Positions 23,372 to 37,734 of a stretch of DNA of 64,000 bases are shown here, in pieces. The notes below the pieces were generated by a model. The model ran no database searches and was not told the DNA's origin. It saw nothing but the letters and a program-made list of their open reading frames with translations. The translations under genes and the position numbers were made by a program. The stretch lies in the NCBI RefSeq assembly GCF_011386835.1, contig NC_088806.1:23374001-23438000 (forward strand), read 5' to 3'. Each line of letters opens with the position of its first letter. The stretch's first letter is position 1. The stretch comes from Chrysemys picta bellii. Taxonomy: Eukaryota.

Positions 23372-26300
23372 CCCATCATTCCAAAGCAATGGTAACTTCT
23401 GTCTTTGCTGATGTTTGGTGGAGGAAATAGAAATCAGGATAAAAGATATAAAATGCTTACGTGACTTCTCACCAGGCCAGAATACGAGAAATGACTCATT
23501 TCCCCCCACCCCTTCTAGATTTTTTTTAAAGTATCAAATCAAATATGGGGAAGATTCCTTTTTACTATATTTTTTAGAAAAATACATTCCTTTCTAACTG
23601 GACTAAACTTGCAGTAAGGCTGAGTATTTCAATAATGGGCCATTTAAATGGCATAATTCAGGAAACTACTGAATTGCACTGTTCTGTATGCTGCTAAGAA
23701 CCATAATCGCTAGCATGAGTTTTGAATTATGATAGGAGATTAAAGTTGCTAATCTAAATCACTAACACTGACCCTTTAAAAATATATAGGCTGTAGTCCT
23801 ATTGAAATCAACAGTGAATCACTTCTTGATTTCTACAGAAGCAGGATCAAATCTGTACTGTAATTAACCAGGAGCAAATTCCAAATAAAATGGGGGTCGA
23901 GTCTCTTTAATATGATGACTAATATTCTGAAACTGAAGCAGATTCCTTTTCCAGCTTCCTAATTCCTGGTTCATGTTTCCTAATTCCCTGTCCTCAACAT
24001 GATTCAACTGGCCCTTGGATCATGTGGTCAATGGCACAAGATAAATATACAGACAGATAAATGGAAAGGCTTTTATTCTAATTTTATTTAGGGCCCACTT
24101 CTGCTGTTGATTTAAGTGAGAAAGGATTGGGCCCTTAATGGGAACAGCTACAATATAAACTCTTTCATATGTAAATAAGTAACTGGGATTTCACAATATA
24201 TGTCATTCACAAAAGTAATGCTCTGTTCAACATCTCCAGTGAGTCCAGACCTGTAAATTAGTACACTGCAATGAAATTAACCTATACATTGCTAAAATAC
24301 ACACCAGGGACTAGAGAACTAGAAGGCTGGGGGACACAAACAGAACCAAATAGACCTAAAAACAGAGAATTGGGACTGGGGATGAGGGGAAAATGTACTT
24401 GCAAATTGAGAAATGGAAGCCAGGGATCTGATTGAGTAGGGAACTAGCGGATGCAAGGGCAAATATATCTAATTTGAAAATGATATGATGAAAACTGTGC
24501 AGATGGGCCTGCAAAATAGAAATTGTGAGCCAGGAAGAACAATGAACAGGGGATTCAGAGTTGTAATCCAGGAACAAGTAAGAACTGGTAGATGGAAATC
24601 AGGATTCGGTGTCCTTGCGTATTGTGACATCCACAGATTTGCAAAGATAAAGGCCAGACTATGATTTTTAGTAATTATCCATGGTTTGGAATTTTATCTG
24701 TGCCACCCTAGCAGGTTTGGCAGGCAAAGAATAGGAGATGGAAGAAATGTGTTCTATAAATTGTGACCATTCTGCCTGAGGATCAGTGTTTAAAATTGCA
24801 GATTAGCCACAATATACAGCAGCAGAGCACCCAAAACATTTAAACTGAGTTTACCTATGGTTTTTGTACTCGCTTAACTCTTTCGTTTGGGGCTGTGGTT
24901 TTATTATTGAAATAGTTACACTGGGACACCCCCTAGTGTAGTTGCAACTATAGTGGCTTAAAGGTGACTTAGACCCATATATTTTGTTCCCTTCAATTTA
25001 TAGGAATAAACTCTATTGGTATAGCTACATAATAGGGTTGTAACCGTATAACTCTTGAGATTTCCAAGCACTGCAAAAACTGTGTATAGACCAGCTTTTA
25101 GTGAAGCGGGAAACACATTCTGCCAGACCATCTGCACTGCCAAATACTATTAGAATTTTATTCCAGTTCAAGAGAAGGAATCCACATTATCTTTAGAATC
25201 ACAAAGGAAACAATGCTACTTTTATAGAACTTATAAGAATCCATATTTAATTCCCCAGACTACGATGAGACTGAGATGAGATAATGTGGAAAGAGGTTAG
25301 GGTTGAGACTGTTGCTTTAGAGATGCCAACCAAACGTTCACCCTCCTGTTATACATAATGGTATTTGAGTGATCTCTGTGCTGTTTGGGCAATATCTCTC
25401 TTGTAGAAATAGTGGTGGTGATTTTCAATAAAATTATGTCAGAGACTAGTTATAGGGATTCTGTCTTTTCATTACATGTGTATACCGCACCTAGCACAAT
25501 GGGGGTTTAATCCCTGATTGTGGCCTTGTTGTAGTATTGCAATACAAATAAATAATACCTCCATATCTTCATTATGAATAATATTTATTGCACATTTTAA
25601 CTGTTTTTAAGCTCACAAACTAACCCCAATAATCACTAATATATTTGTCATTCATGAAATATTTGGAGTAGTCTTCAGCCTTTGGGTTGCTTGTAAAATG
25701 TTCATTATTTGTGGTGAGTGACTGGTTTCCTAAAGCATATAGTATCGTTTCCAGTCTCTGGATAGCTATTTAATGGTAGGATGGTGTGTAGTATAGTGAA
25801 TTATTCATTTCCTGCCATGAATATGAATATGAATGAGCCCTTCATGTTTTAAAATCAGTGAATCTTTTGGAATTCTTGAACCTTTTCACAAATACCCCAT
25901 GGTTACTCAAGAACTACAAATAATCAGTGATACAAATCTTCCTTCTGCATCAGCTGCCACAAATGATAGAGAATCAAACTCCAAAATGTTTGAGTTTATT
26001 TTTTTTTTAAATGTGTACACAAAATTAGAGGGATGCTGTCAGTAAATGTAGGCTGATTATTTAACCAAACTTAATATTGTTGTGTTCTGGAGGAGAATTA
26101 ATCTAATCCATCTATGTAGCTCCCATCACCGTAGAATGTAAAAAAGGAAATTAATGGATGTTTCCTCTAGATTCTAAATATCTGTCTAGGAAAATAATAA
26201 TCCAGCCTTTCTAATTATCACATTTTATTTTGTTTTTCTCCTGTATTGAAATGTGTGGGCCAAATTCTTACCTCAGCTATGCCCTCGTGCAATTCCTATT

Positions 26301-26786
26301 AAAACCAGTTGACACCCTTGTTTTGTTGTTATGTATTTATATTGTGGTAACACCTAGAAGACCCATTGTGCATGGAGCTGTACACAGGAGTAAAACAAAG
26401 ACAGTCCCTGCCCCAGAGAACTCATGATCTAGCATTATGACACAGTTCAATAGGTGGATAATGACACATTAGGTTAGCAGTGATAGAAGGGACATTCAGT
26501 TGTCTTGGAGGTGGAGGAGAGATGGGAGATATTGGTGAAAGTGTTTGTGGTTCAGACCTAGGATCTAATGGATTTCATGTTGTCTGCAACGACAACCCAG
26601 CTCTGCACTCTGTCCCTAATCTGCAAAGCATGTAAGCACGTGCTTAGCTTTAGGCATGAGTATATGTTCCATTGATTTGAATGGGACCTAAAAAGATGCT
26701 TAACTTTCAACAAATGCTTAAGTGTTGTGCTGAATAGGGATGGCCTTAAGCCCATTAAACATTCAGTTTGTAAGCACCTGGAGGAT

Positions 26787-28023
26787 AATAGGGTTATAAG
26801 GTCTAGCCAGCATTGATTTGTTAAGAACATATCGTGTCAAACCAACCTATTTTCTCCTTTGACTTGGTTATTGGCCTAGTGGATATGGGGGAAGTAGTAG
26901 AGGTGATATATCTTGATTTTAGTAGGGCTTTTCACACAATCGCACATGACGTTCTTATAAGCAAACTAGGGAAATGCTGTCTAGGAGAAATTACTATAAA
27001 GTGGGTGCAGAACAGGTTGAAAGGCTGTACTCAAAGAGTAGTTATCAATGGTTCAGACTGGGAGGGCATAGGTAATGGGGTCAGTCCTGGGTCTGGTACT
27101 ATTCAACATTTTCATTAATGGGTTGGATAATGCAGTGGAGAATATGCTTATAAAATGTGCAGATGACATCAAGCTGAAAAGGGTTGCAAGCACTTTGGAG
27201 GTCAGGATTAGAATTCGAATGACCTTGACAAATTGGAGAATGGGTCTGAATTCAACAAGATGAAATTCAACAGAGCCAAGTGCAAAGTACTTCACTTAGG
27301 AAGGAAAATATCAAATGAACGGCTACAAAATGGGGAATAACTGGCTAGGTGGTAGTACTGCTGGAAAGGATCTGGGGGTTATAGTGGATCACAAATTGAA
27401 CATGAATCAACAATGTGATGCAGCTGAAAAAAAGGCTAAAATTCTGGGATGTATTAGCAGAAGTGTTTGTATGTAAGACATGGGAAGTAATTGTCCTGCT
27501 CTACTTGGCACTGGTGAAGCCTCATCTGGAATACTGTGTCCAGTTCTGGGCACCACGCTTTAGGAAATATGTGGACACATTGCAGAGAGTCTAGAGGAAA
27601 GAAACAAAAATTGTACAAGGTTTAGAAAAGATTAAAAGAACTGGGGATGTTTTTAGTCTTGAGAAAAGCAGGCTGAGGTAGGACCTGGTAAGTCTTCAAA
27701 TATGTTAAGGGCTGTTATAAGGAGGACTTTAGTCAGTTGTTCTCCATGTCCACGGAAGATAGGGCAGGAAGTAATGGACTTAATCTGCAGCAAAAGAGAT
27801 TTAGGTTAGATATCAGAAAAAACTTTCTAACTCTCAGGGTAGTTAAGCTCTGGAACAGGCTTCCATGGGAAGTTGGGAATCCCTGTCACTGGAGGTTTTT
27901 AAGAACAGGTTGAACAAACACCTGTCAGGAATGATCTAGGTTTACTTGGTCCTACCTCAGTGCAAAGGGGTGAATTAGATGACTCCTCAAGGTCCCTTCC
28001 AGCCCCACAATTCTTCGATTCTA
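26787..28023 (+). mobile_element. CR1 LINE 3' fragment (about 1.2 kb) with disrupted RT domain
   Basis: YLDFSRAFHTIAHDVL..KL and GSVLGLVLFNIFINGLD...ADD RT motifs (ORFs 26834, 27075), frameshifted; tail attcttcgattctat. Confidence 0.93.
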
Positions 28024-31000
28024 TCTGCTTAGATGCTTTGCTGGACTGGAGTCTCAGCAAGGCATGTGCTAAACTTTGAGTAGTCCTGTAGGTTTCAGCG
28101 GGATACTTATGTGCTTAAGTATCTTGCTGAATCGGGGCCTGCATCCCTAACAATAGTGTTGTTGTGTCATACAGAGATCAGCAGACACCTGTGTGGCCTT
28201 GTGAATGGATCTGTGTTTTTATGTGGTTTCGCAAGCTGCTGTTTATAGGTGTGCTGCTTCCCTCTCTGTGGGAGTCAGCAGAGGGAGCAGGAGTTAAATA
28301 ACAACCCCAGTTTTCATTCATTCATTGCATTAACAGTAGCAGTGGATCTGAGCCACAAAGCTCTGATTTCAGACACCTGATCTGGGAAGGGCGTCTGGCT
28401 CTGGCAGGTTGTGGCAGGCTCACTCTTGATTATCAAGTGACATTTTTCCTTAAAGGCAGAATGCATGGAGGATTCTTCCTGAAACCAAAACTAAAAAGAA
28501 AGGACTGGTTTGATGTTGTGAAGCCCATCCTTGAGAGTGCTGCCAAGTGACAGCACTCAATGGGGAGAACCAGGATGTGTTGTGTGCCAGGGAGATGTAT
28601 TGCCGCACAGAGCAAGAGCCGCATACCTAAGCACCATCCCGTGGAGGCTGAGCGAGGCAGCGTGCTCACACTGCAGCCAGCCAGCTCCTCTGGCTGGTGC
28701 ATCAACGGTGAAGACAGATTGAAACAGAAGAGGGAGCTCCCATTGTACCAGCCAAGGAGGAGGGGGAGCTGCTTGGAGGCACTGCTCCCTTAAGCTAGGG
28801 AGGGCAAAAATCACCCTTTTAACAGAGTACGGGGAGATGTTGCCTTGTCCCTCGCTTGCTCCCTTTATGTTAACCCTTGGCCCTGCTTCCACCCATTCCA
28901 TCCTGTTTGGAGTGGCTTGTAATCAAAAGGGGCCTAGCAGGAAGCCGAACTCGTGCTCAGGAGAGCATGAGGACCGGGTGGAGCACAACAAGCAGGCTGC
29001 TTGCACCCTCTGTCCCCCCTCACCAGCGCAAAGGTCAGACATCGCCGAGCCTAACAGAGAAAGAGCCAGGTTCATGTGAGGCTGCACTAGACACACAAGA
29101 AAGATAATCAGTGTTAGTTAAATGTGTGTGGGGAATCATTAGGCAAAAAGATCTTACTTCCCAAGTGGTGGGCCATATTCTGCTCCTGTTCCAGGCAAAC
29201 GACTCCCTTTGATATTAATGGGGGGTTTCTGCACCGTCACCATGGTTACAGTGTGTCCCAGTGGGGGATACATTGTAATTTTACAAAAGGATTTGACCCA
29301 GCCCGTCTAGATTTTTGAACGAATATAGTGCAGGTGTGACTAGGTGTCTCCGTGCATCCACATAACAAATAACAGCATGGACAAAAGATCCGGCTGCCTG
29401 TCCATTAGTATCCTTTAGTCTTGAGCTGGAGGGGCTTCAGCTGAGTGGGAGGGAGGAGTTTGTTCTCTGTGCCTCCTTCAGTCCTTGGTGCCTCTGCTTA
29501 GTTTGCTACAGCAGCAAGTTGTCAGTTTGTGTCAACTGCGGTGGTGATCTTTGTGATGCGGACATTTGTTCACTGCCAGATGGGCTGAGATTCACCAATG
29601 CATTTTCACACAAGCCACCAAGCAGTCACTGGATGACAACATTTTTCAAAAACTACGGTTGGGTTAATTTCAACTAGTGAACTAAAGAGGAAAGTCTCCA
29701 AGGCCTATTACCAACTTCTGAGCCAGTCACTCTCTACCTAATAATTTGATAGCCCTGTTCATAAAAGAAATGTAAGGGAAACCTAGCGAGAAAAGAAATG
29801 AAGCATGAATCAACCTTACTCATAGTGGAGTTTTTAACGTTTTACAAGGAACTTCCACATTGGCTAAGATTGAAGGTTATACATACATCCTTGTTGTAGG
29901 CCTGGCACATGCAATCTAAATTAGTGAGGGTCTTTTGGGACAGGAAGTCATAACAGGCTACAGCTGGTCTTTAAAAATTACTTCCCATCCTCTTGGAAAT
30001 TCTCTAACTCTAGATGAGTGCTTATAGCCAACCGACTCGTATTGCTTAGCTCGAGGAGCAGACTGCCTCCAGGGATAGAAGCTTGACACAGCGACCTGGC
30101 TAACCTGGCAGCTAAGGAGTGCATAATGCTTTGGAGAAATGGGACCTCAGACAAATTTGAAAAGATTTGGTCTGACTTTTTATAAATCTTTAATTCCTAG
30201 TGTAAGGAAACCTAGGTGTGATTTTCCTTTCCCCTCCCTGCCCCCTTTCCTTTCCCTCTCTTTCCATTGATTTATTATTTTATGGGGAGGTTCTTTTATT
30301 TGGGCAGGGGTCAATAAAATATAAATTAGAAAAAGAAAAGAAAAAGGAAATGAAGCACAAAAATGTCTTGCAAAGGCACTTATGTTTTGGAAGGAACCTT
30401 CACTGGAGGGGTCGCTGTCCTGGGAGGTTATTTTGGGAGGAAAACAGCTAGACACAAAGCAAGACAATGACAAGGGAACTTTTCTTGGTTCTTTCAATCT
30501 CCTCTTTCTCCTTCTTGGAGCTATTTGTTTGAGTAGTTACCTCACTCGTATTGCACAAAATGCAAGAAGAATGAGGAAAATTGAGAGCGATGTGTCTCTT
30601 CACCATTTCCTCCATAGCTGCCTGTGGTGCATTTAGCAGCCAATGAAAGTACGGTCAATGTGGTATCAAAACAAGGTGTGAGCCATAGAAATGTCTTCCC
30701 TAAACACAGTGATTTTTTTTAAACAATATTTGTTTTTCTCACAACCAAATGAAGCTGACTGGATTTTTCAGATTCTTTCTTTTATTGACTATTCACTTTC
30801 TTGTTGCTTGGGTGATTCTCATCTCAAAGGGAAATGATCCTATTTTTGTGTTTACAATAGAATTTAATGCTGGGAAAATGTGATGAACTGATAACTCTGG
30901 AGAATGAAGTCCACTGTTTATCCAGAGTCAGCATGAGCCGCCCTAGAGAAAGCTCTGCCCACTCCATCCCTGCCAACGTACCCCAACCCCGTCGTGGAAT

Positions 31001-31052
31001 CTCCCACCTCTAGTGGGGACAGCACAATTTGGTCTCCATTGTTGTTTTCTAA

Positions 31053-31292
31053 GGGGATGTCTTTACTGCAGTCAGAGTTGTAGACGTGCCTCAGCTAGCT
31101 TTGATGTAGGTAGCTCAATACTAGTGAAGCCACGAGAATGCAGGTGCACGCTGGATCGTGTGTATGTACTTCAGTAGCTAGTCTGTTCCGCTGCAGCGTC
31201 ACCTCTGTTTTATTGGCATTACCCCAGCTAGCTTGGATCTAGTTATGTCTACACATACTGCAGTCCATCTCTGATTGCAGTTAGATATAGCC
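31053..31292. mobile_element. PIF/Harbinger-type MITE
   Basis: Degenerate GG..ATGTCTACACT-type TIRs; TAA TSD on both sides. Confidence 0.7.
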
Positions 31293-34200
31293 TAAGTGTG
31301 AAGAGTGCAAGGTGCAGCATAGACAAATAAGACTTTGTACCTGCCCAAGGAGCTTGCAGTCTAAGGGACCGAGGTCCAACATTGTCTCACTCCCTTTGCT
31401 GGCTATATACTCGTCTGGTTAGTTTGCTTTTCTTTTTGAAATGACTTTTTAAGTACATTCATCTTTGCTGTTTTAAAACTGTTATGTTAAATCAACAATT
31501 AGGGTGGATAGTTACCGCCACAGGCACTAGATTAGGAGGAGATGAGGTAGAAAAAGGGAGGCGGTAGAGTATGGCTGAGGACAAAAGGTGAGAGGGAAGG
31601 AGAATTTGGGTCACTGGAATGGGAGCGGTAGAGCAGAGGAAGGGAATAGGTGAGATGAGGAAAAGGGTGCGGGGTAGGGATCATGAGGAGCTGTGGTATG
31701 ACACATTAGGCTGCTGCATTAAATTGGCAACAGTGGCCTAGTCCACCACTGGGATCTGTGCTGAGGTGGTCAGTTATTGAGAACCAATTGTGACTTTTTT
31801 TCTGCGATGCGTTCCCAGGGGGGTTCTAATAAATAATAGAGTTAGTCAATAAAAGGAAGCAAAATCGCACACGTCTCTCCTCCTTCTTGCCCCCCGCCCT
31901 TTTTTTTTGCGGGGGGGGGGGGTTGAAATTTAATTAAAATTTTGAGAACCAAAAAATTTAACCAGCTCTAAGGTGCCACAAGTACTCCTGTTCTTCTTTT
32001 AACCAGCTCTAAGTTAGTTAAAAAATATTGATGGGGGATTTCAGAAAAACCTAATCAAAGTTTGTCCTTATTTTGTTCCCCCTGAATTTCATTGAAATGT
32101 TGAAGCTGGAACAAATTCAACCAGATCTATAAACAACAGTAAGGGAGATGAAGGAAAGAATGTATAAATACGAATAATACCTTGACAGTGGCTCTTTAAA
32201 AAATTTACATTACATGTAATGCATATATGCACTTAATGCAATAAATTTGTTTTTGAGAGAGAGATGGAGAAGAGTCTTGTGCACTGAAAATTCTTGTGGT
32301 GTTAAAAGGGTAGTTTTATCCCACAGGACTGTGGAAGTCCCTTGTTTCTTTTGGATGTTTTGATTCCTTCAGCTAAGTTCTTCGCTCAGTTACCCCATGC
32401 AGTGTTCAGGGGCGTACTGTGGGTGTCACCCCGACATCAGCGAAACTTCATGTATGCAGCTAAAGGGAGAACTTGGTCCCTTGAGTCTACTAGAGATGTT
32501 CAGGAGTTTTTGTTTGTTCTTCATTTTTTCCCCACCAAAATTAGAAAAATTGCAGCCAGCTCTATAACGAGTTAAAAACGTTGACAAAAATCTTGAGAGA
32601 AGTGTTTTCTCCTCTCCAAATAAAAAAACTGGAATTTTATTTTATTTTTGTTTACAAATGTGAAAAATGTCACCCTGCGCTCCAATTTATTTCTTAAGGA
32701 TGAAGGACTTTCTGCTTAGGAATATTAGGATACACGCTAATGATAGTAAAACATTTAATTATACTCTGAGTGCCAACAAACATTATTTTTATTATTTTTA
32801 ACTTTTTACTAAGGCAAAGTTACAATAAAATATTAACATAACACACTGTACGTTACTTATAACGTATTCAAAATCCGATTAATATTCAAAGAACTTGGCT
32901 AAAAAGGAGTCTTCCTCCTCTAAGTACTCTTACAAGGGTGACCAAATTTCTAAATACTCATCTACTTTTTGGTGCTTCTCTTGGGTACATACTTGGTGTG
33001 GAAACTTTTCCATTACAAGGACAGTCCATATTTTACTATGCCACAATTCCTTAGGAGAAGTCGTCACATCTTTCCAATAATGTGTAATTCAAAGTCTTGC
33101 TGCTAACAATAATTTAGCATTCTGCACCTCTCCTAAAATGGGAGACATTACAAAGTCAACATTTATCAAGGTTCCCACGTAGGGGTATTTGCAATATTGC
33201 AGATTTCTCCTACTCTTATGTAGAGAGTAATACCTGACATGTAATGCTATGGGAGCAACTGGTAAATATAGACTTCTTAATGGTGAACAATCTGTATCAA
33301 ATGTAAATGATAAAATATACTGATAATGAAGCAAAAAGTCAGTACGGTTCGCAGATGCCATAGTGATAATGGCAACGTTAGTAGAAATACCAAGGTAGAA
33401 TAAGCAGTTCCCCCCGCCCTCTCGAAATGAAGACACAAAGATGTAAGACTTGTGTTCACTGCAGAATGATCTACACTCGAGTAGAGAAGCCACACTGAAA
33501 TAACACTCGCTGAACAGTGTGGTTGTGTTAGCGGCTGATGAATTGTGATCACTCAAGCTTTATACCTCCTGTCTGGCCAGCCAACTTGAGTTAATGGCAC
33601 CACCACACTCAAGTTACGGGTATTTGTGCTTGGGTGGGATTTGAGTTCGGGGCAACAGTTAATTCTGTGGTGAACACAAGTCTACAGAGTTAAAGAAGGA
33701 GACCTATTAACCCATATCGGTCATAACATGTCAGCAATACTCCTAACAATCAGCACAAGGTGGGATTTTCAAAAATGCTTGATGACTTTAGAACACAAGT
33801 CCTGTTGAAAGTCAGCAGGATATGTGCTCCTAAGTCACTTAAGAAACACTTGAATGCTTTTGAAAATCCCATCCATAATTGACTATGAATGGCAATCTAT
33901 TCGAAGAAATGGTTTCCAAATGCAGATGTTGCCCCTCTGCATCTATATTTGGGTCTCTGAATATAGCAATGGCCAGGGTCACCACAAATATCTCTAGGAC
34001 CCATCAAAAGTCAATCCTTTGTTGGACAATACTTATTTCTTGCGTTGATATTGAAAGCACAATAATCAAAATGGTTACTTTGGCAAAAATGCTTCTTTTG
34101 CCTATTGGGCTACCGTACCAGAGCTTTCATCTTGTGGTTTGTTGTAGAAGGAAAAGCAGGTCATCATGGTCCTAAGACTGTAAGCAGCCAATTAACCAAT

Positions 34201-36646
34201 AATTGACCAGTTGTTGGACTGGCTGCATGACCTTTACTGGAGAGTTGTAAGATGTGTGTGGCCAGATGTTTACAATCTGCATGACCTCTACTGGAAGGTG
34301 GTTAAGAATGAGTCAGTTAGTCCATGTAGGTTGTTCACAGAGAGGGGTAATTTTTTCCATCACCGTCAGCTGTTGCAATCTCCCCTGCGAGTTTCTGCTA
34401 GATGAAAATGCCAGTTCACTAGCACAGAAATTGTGAGCGCTTCCAGATTAGAGTTCCAGAATGCTGGCTCACAGCTTGCAACTGCTTCTAGCGGGTGCGT
34501 GCCAGAGTGCTTCGTCACAGCTTGCAAGAGCTGAAGGGTGAATGCCAAAGTACTGGTTCACGGTTGGCAAAAGCTTCCAGCCAAGAACCAGGACTCTGGC
34601 ACAGAACAACCTCCCTGAACCTCAGTGTTCCCATCTGTAATAATAGTTGCAGGATTCACAGGTGGGTTGTAAGGTTTAGTTGACCAAAATGTGTACAGGG
34701 CCTTGAATTTCAAGGCCTGGAGGCTATAGAAGGGTGAAACAGTCTTATTCCTATCCCTGAGCCCCACTTAATGTTTCTACAGGCAGAAATATGGTTAGCG
34801 ATTCCCCGGTGGGTGACAAACAATTTTAAATGGTAAAGTGCATGGCTACTTATGTAGCAGCTTTTCATGGAATGGGGCAATCAGTTGGAGTGCTGGGGAT
34901 CGTCAATGTGTTACATTCACGATGCACTTTCTCACTGCTTTTGTAAATATAGCCTCTTTGATTGTCCGCTACCGATTTTAAACTTATGGACTTATGTTAG
35001 CAGGGTGCAAAGCTTGAGATCCTTGTTCAGTGTATTACTCCATTAGATTCCCATTGACTTCAGTAAGAATGGCCTTGAGTAAGGGACTGAGTAAAAGTAT
35101 AGTAAGGACCTCAGGATTTGGATACACACTAAGACCGGAAAAATGTCACAGTAAAGAATAAACTCCACAATAAAGAAACCTCCTTCCAGGGAAAGGGGAG
35201 GGTGCAGTGATTTATAGCCTCTGGATACAGACGTGTATGTGTGTAATGATAGAGACAAGGAGAGGAGGGGTGTAAGGGTGGGGGAGTGAGACAGAGCTGG
35301 GGAGAAATTCTTGCAATCCATCCAGCACCATCCCCAAAGTATGCATCTAAATGCAGGACTGTATGGGAAAAATGCAGCTCTGATCTAATGGAGCTGAGCC
35401 TGCTTGACTTCAGAACAATTACATCCACTTACACCAAGGCTGTACGTGCCCCTGTACGTGGGAGGTATTTTACCTTGCTCTTTACAGCTTGGCGTAGCTG
35501 TGATGGGAAAATCCATACGACCTAACATACTACCCAGGACCTTTTACCTACTTTTCTCATGGAAGCAAACACCTTTTAATTTGATTTATGCTAAATATTG
35601 TTGAGTGGGTTGCTCAGAACCAGTCTACCCACCTGTTAAATGCAAACAGAGACAAAGTTGCAATTAAATGAGAAACTCTGACGGTGCCAAGATTCTAAGT
35701 CAGCCAGTCGGGCCAGTGCTCTGTCCACTTCCAGGTGGTTTAAAGTACATTTAGCGGGAGCTTGGTGGTTCAAGGAGTATACAAGACCTTTGTTTCTAAA
35801 TTCCCAGTTTGACTGTTGCTAAGGCTGACAGTGAATAAAAGCGGTTATCTTTTGACACCTAATTGATTTCTATAAGAAGTGACTCAGGCCCTGATTCAAG
35901 ACTGCATCTAAATATACGTAAAGCCGAGCATGTGTTCAAGTGCTGTCTTGAATTGGGACTCTCACCGTCAGACTCCAGTTCCTGGCAAAGTGAGGTGCAC
36001 ATTATACTATCACAATCACAAGGCTTTAGCCTCAGTCCCTACTTCATTCGTTCTTGCTGTTTCTCTTCATCTAAGTCACTCTCAAGTAGACAGAGAATAT
36101 GTGTTCTATTTAATTCTCTGTGACCAGTTAATAATAACTATAGTTTAAGTGGGCAAAGATAATGATAAAGTTGACGAATTCTCGTGCTTCAGGGCAAAAA
36201 TTGATCACAGCGAGGATGTGGAAGGAATTGTTTTCTGTTATGTAGTATTACACAGCTAGCCAGGTGCATTGTGATTCCCCCCCCCCCTTTTTTTTTTTTC
36301 TAAAACATCAAGTACGGGCAATTGCTGCAGCTAGAGACAGGATTCCAGGCCTGATAGAATGAAGATCCTGAAGGGATACTGACATTTGACATTTTTAATT
36401 CACTATGTACCAAATTCAATCTATTGTACTCTATTAGATTTTTGGAAATGTCTCATCAAGGATAGCATGACTGATTGATATTGCACATGCATTTGTGTAT
36501 AAAAATCTGTTTTATTTTTTAATATATATTTTAGTATTTTAATTGAATGAACATTTATTTGTTTTTATCTCATATTCCTCTTGTTCAGTAATTCATTTGT
36601 ATCCATAGCAATTACAGAATGTTCTGTTGATAGTGTATATATTTTT

Positions 36647-36713
36647 ACCCATGAAAGCTTATGCCCAAATAAATCTGTTAGTGTTTAAGGTGCCACCGGA
36701 CTCCTTGTTGTTT
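36647..36713 (+). mobile_element. Penelope-like terminal fragment
   Basis: acccatgaaagcttatgcccaaataaatctgttagt..taaggtgccac.ggactcc. Confidence 0.65.
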
Positions 36714-37361
36714 AAGTCAACGAGAGTTTGTGTTTAAAATCAAAGATAATTACAGACTCTTGTAAGTGGAAGTGAGAGGTTGGCAATACTTAAGACTAAA
36801 ATCAGTTCAGGCCTTTCTTTGAATCAGTCCAAAGTGGATCCTTTGGTGAGGTTGGGAATCAGTTCAGTAACCCCAAGCAGGGTCCCTGAAAACATACGCG
36901 AGTCATCCTCACTATCCCCTCTATCCAGTTCCATCCCCTCAACCAGTGCACTGGTATGAGGGCTCCTGTAACATGCCTGTCTGCCTGGGAATTCCACCTC
37001 CCCCTTTGAATATCAGCTCTCCCCCTCCTACCTTTGTATAGCATAGCATAACCTGCTGCTGGGTGCCTCTGCTGTAAGGTCTCATTAGCTCTGGTTCACA
37101 ATGCAGTCTACGGTTCTGCATTCCGTTCTGTAGCTCCCTAGACCAGATGTGAGTGGACAGTGGACCCAAACATATATTAATGAATCCTGCTCCAAAACTT
37201 GTTTGTACCTGGGACCCTAGAAGAGACAGGGTAGCCCAGACTGTAGGGAAAGTCAGAGATGCTTTTGGGAAGGTGGAAATGAGACCCAAAGTTGCTTGAG
37301 GCTGCAAGAGGAGGGGTGAAAGTGGGTGGGAGATAAAGCCTTGTTGGCAAGGGAAGGGCTA

Positions 37362-37734
37362 CAGGGATTCTCAAACTTCATTGCACCGCGACCCCCTTCT
37401 GACAATGAAAATTATTACATGACCCCAGGAGGAGGGACCGAAGCCTGAGCCCCACCGCTCTGGGTGAGAGGGCCAAAGCCCAAGCCCTACCGCCCTGGGT
37501 GCAGGGGGGCGGGGGAGGGCAAAGCCAAAGCCCAGGGACTTCAGTCCCAGGCACGGGGCCTGTAACCTGAACCCCGCCTGCATCCTTCTGACTTCGGCTT
37601 TAGCCCTGGGTGGTGGGGTTTGGGCTTCAGCTTCAGCCCGGGGCCCAAGCAAGTCTGATGCCAGCCCTGGCAACCCCATTAAATCGGGGTCATAACCCAC
37701 TTTGGGGTCCCAACCCACAGTTTGAGAAGCACTG
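37362..37734. mobile_element. hAT (Charlie-like) MITE
   Basis: TIRs cagggattctcaaact / agtttgagaagcactg; partial TSD ggcta. Confidence 0.75.

Noticed and set aside
32770-32830. Poly(A) site of a hidden minus-strand gene (AATAAA at 32788-32793)
   Set aside because: AT-rich context with hexamers on both strands, and no upstream coding exons identified.
33089-33556. 155-aa minus-strand ORF
   Set aside because: No recognisable domain, no splice context, and the composition looks like translated non-coding DNA.
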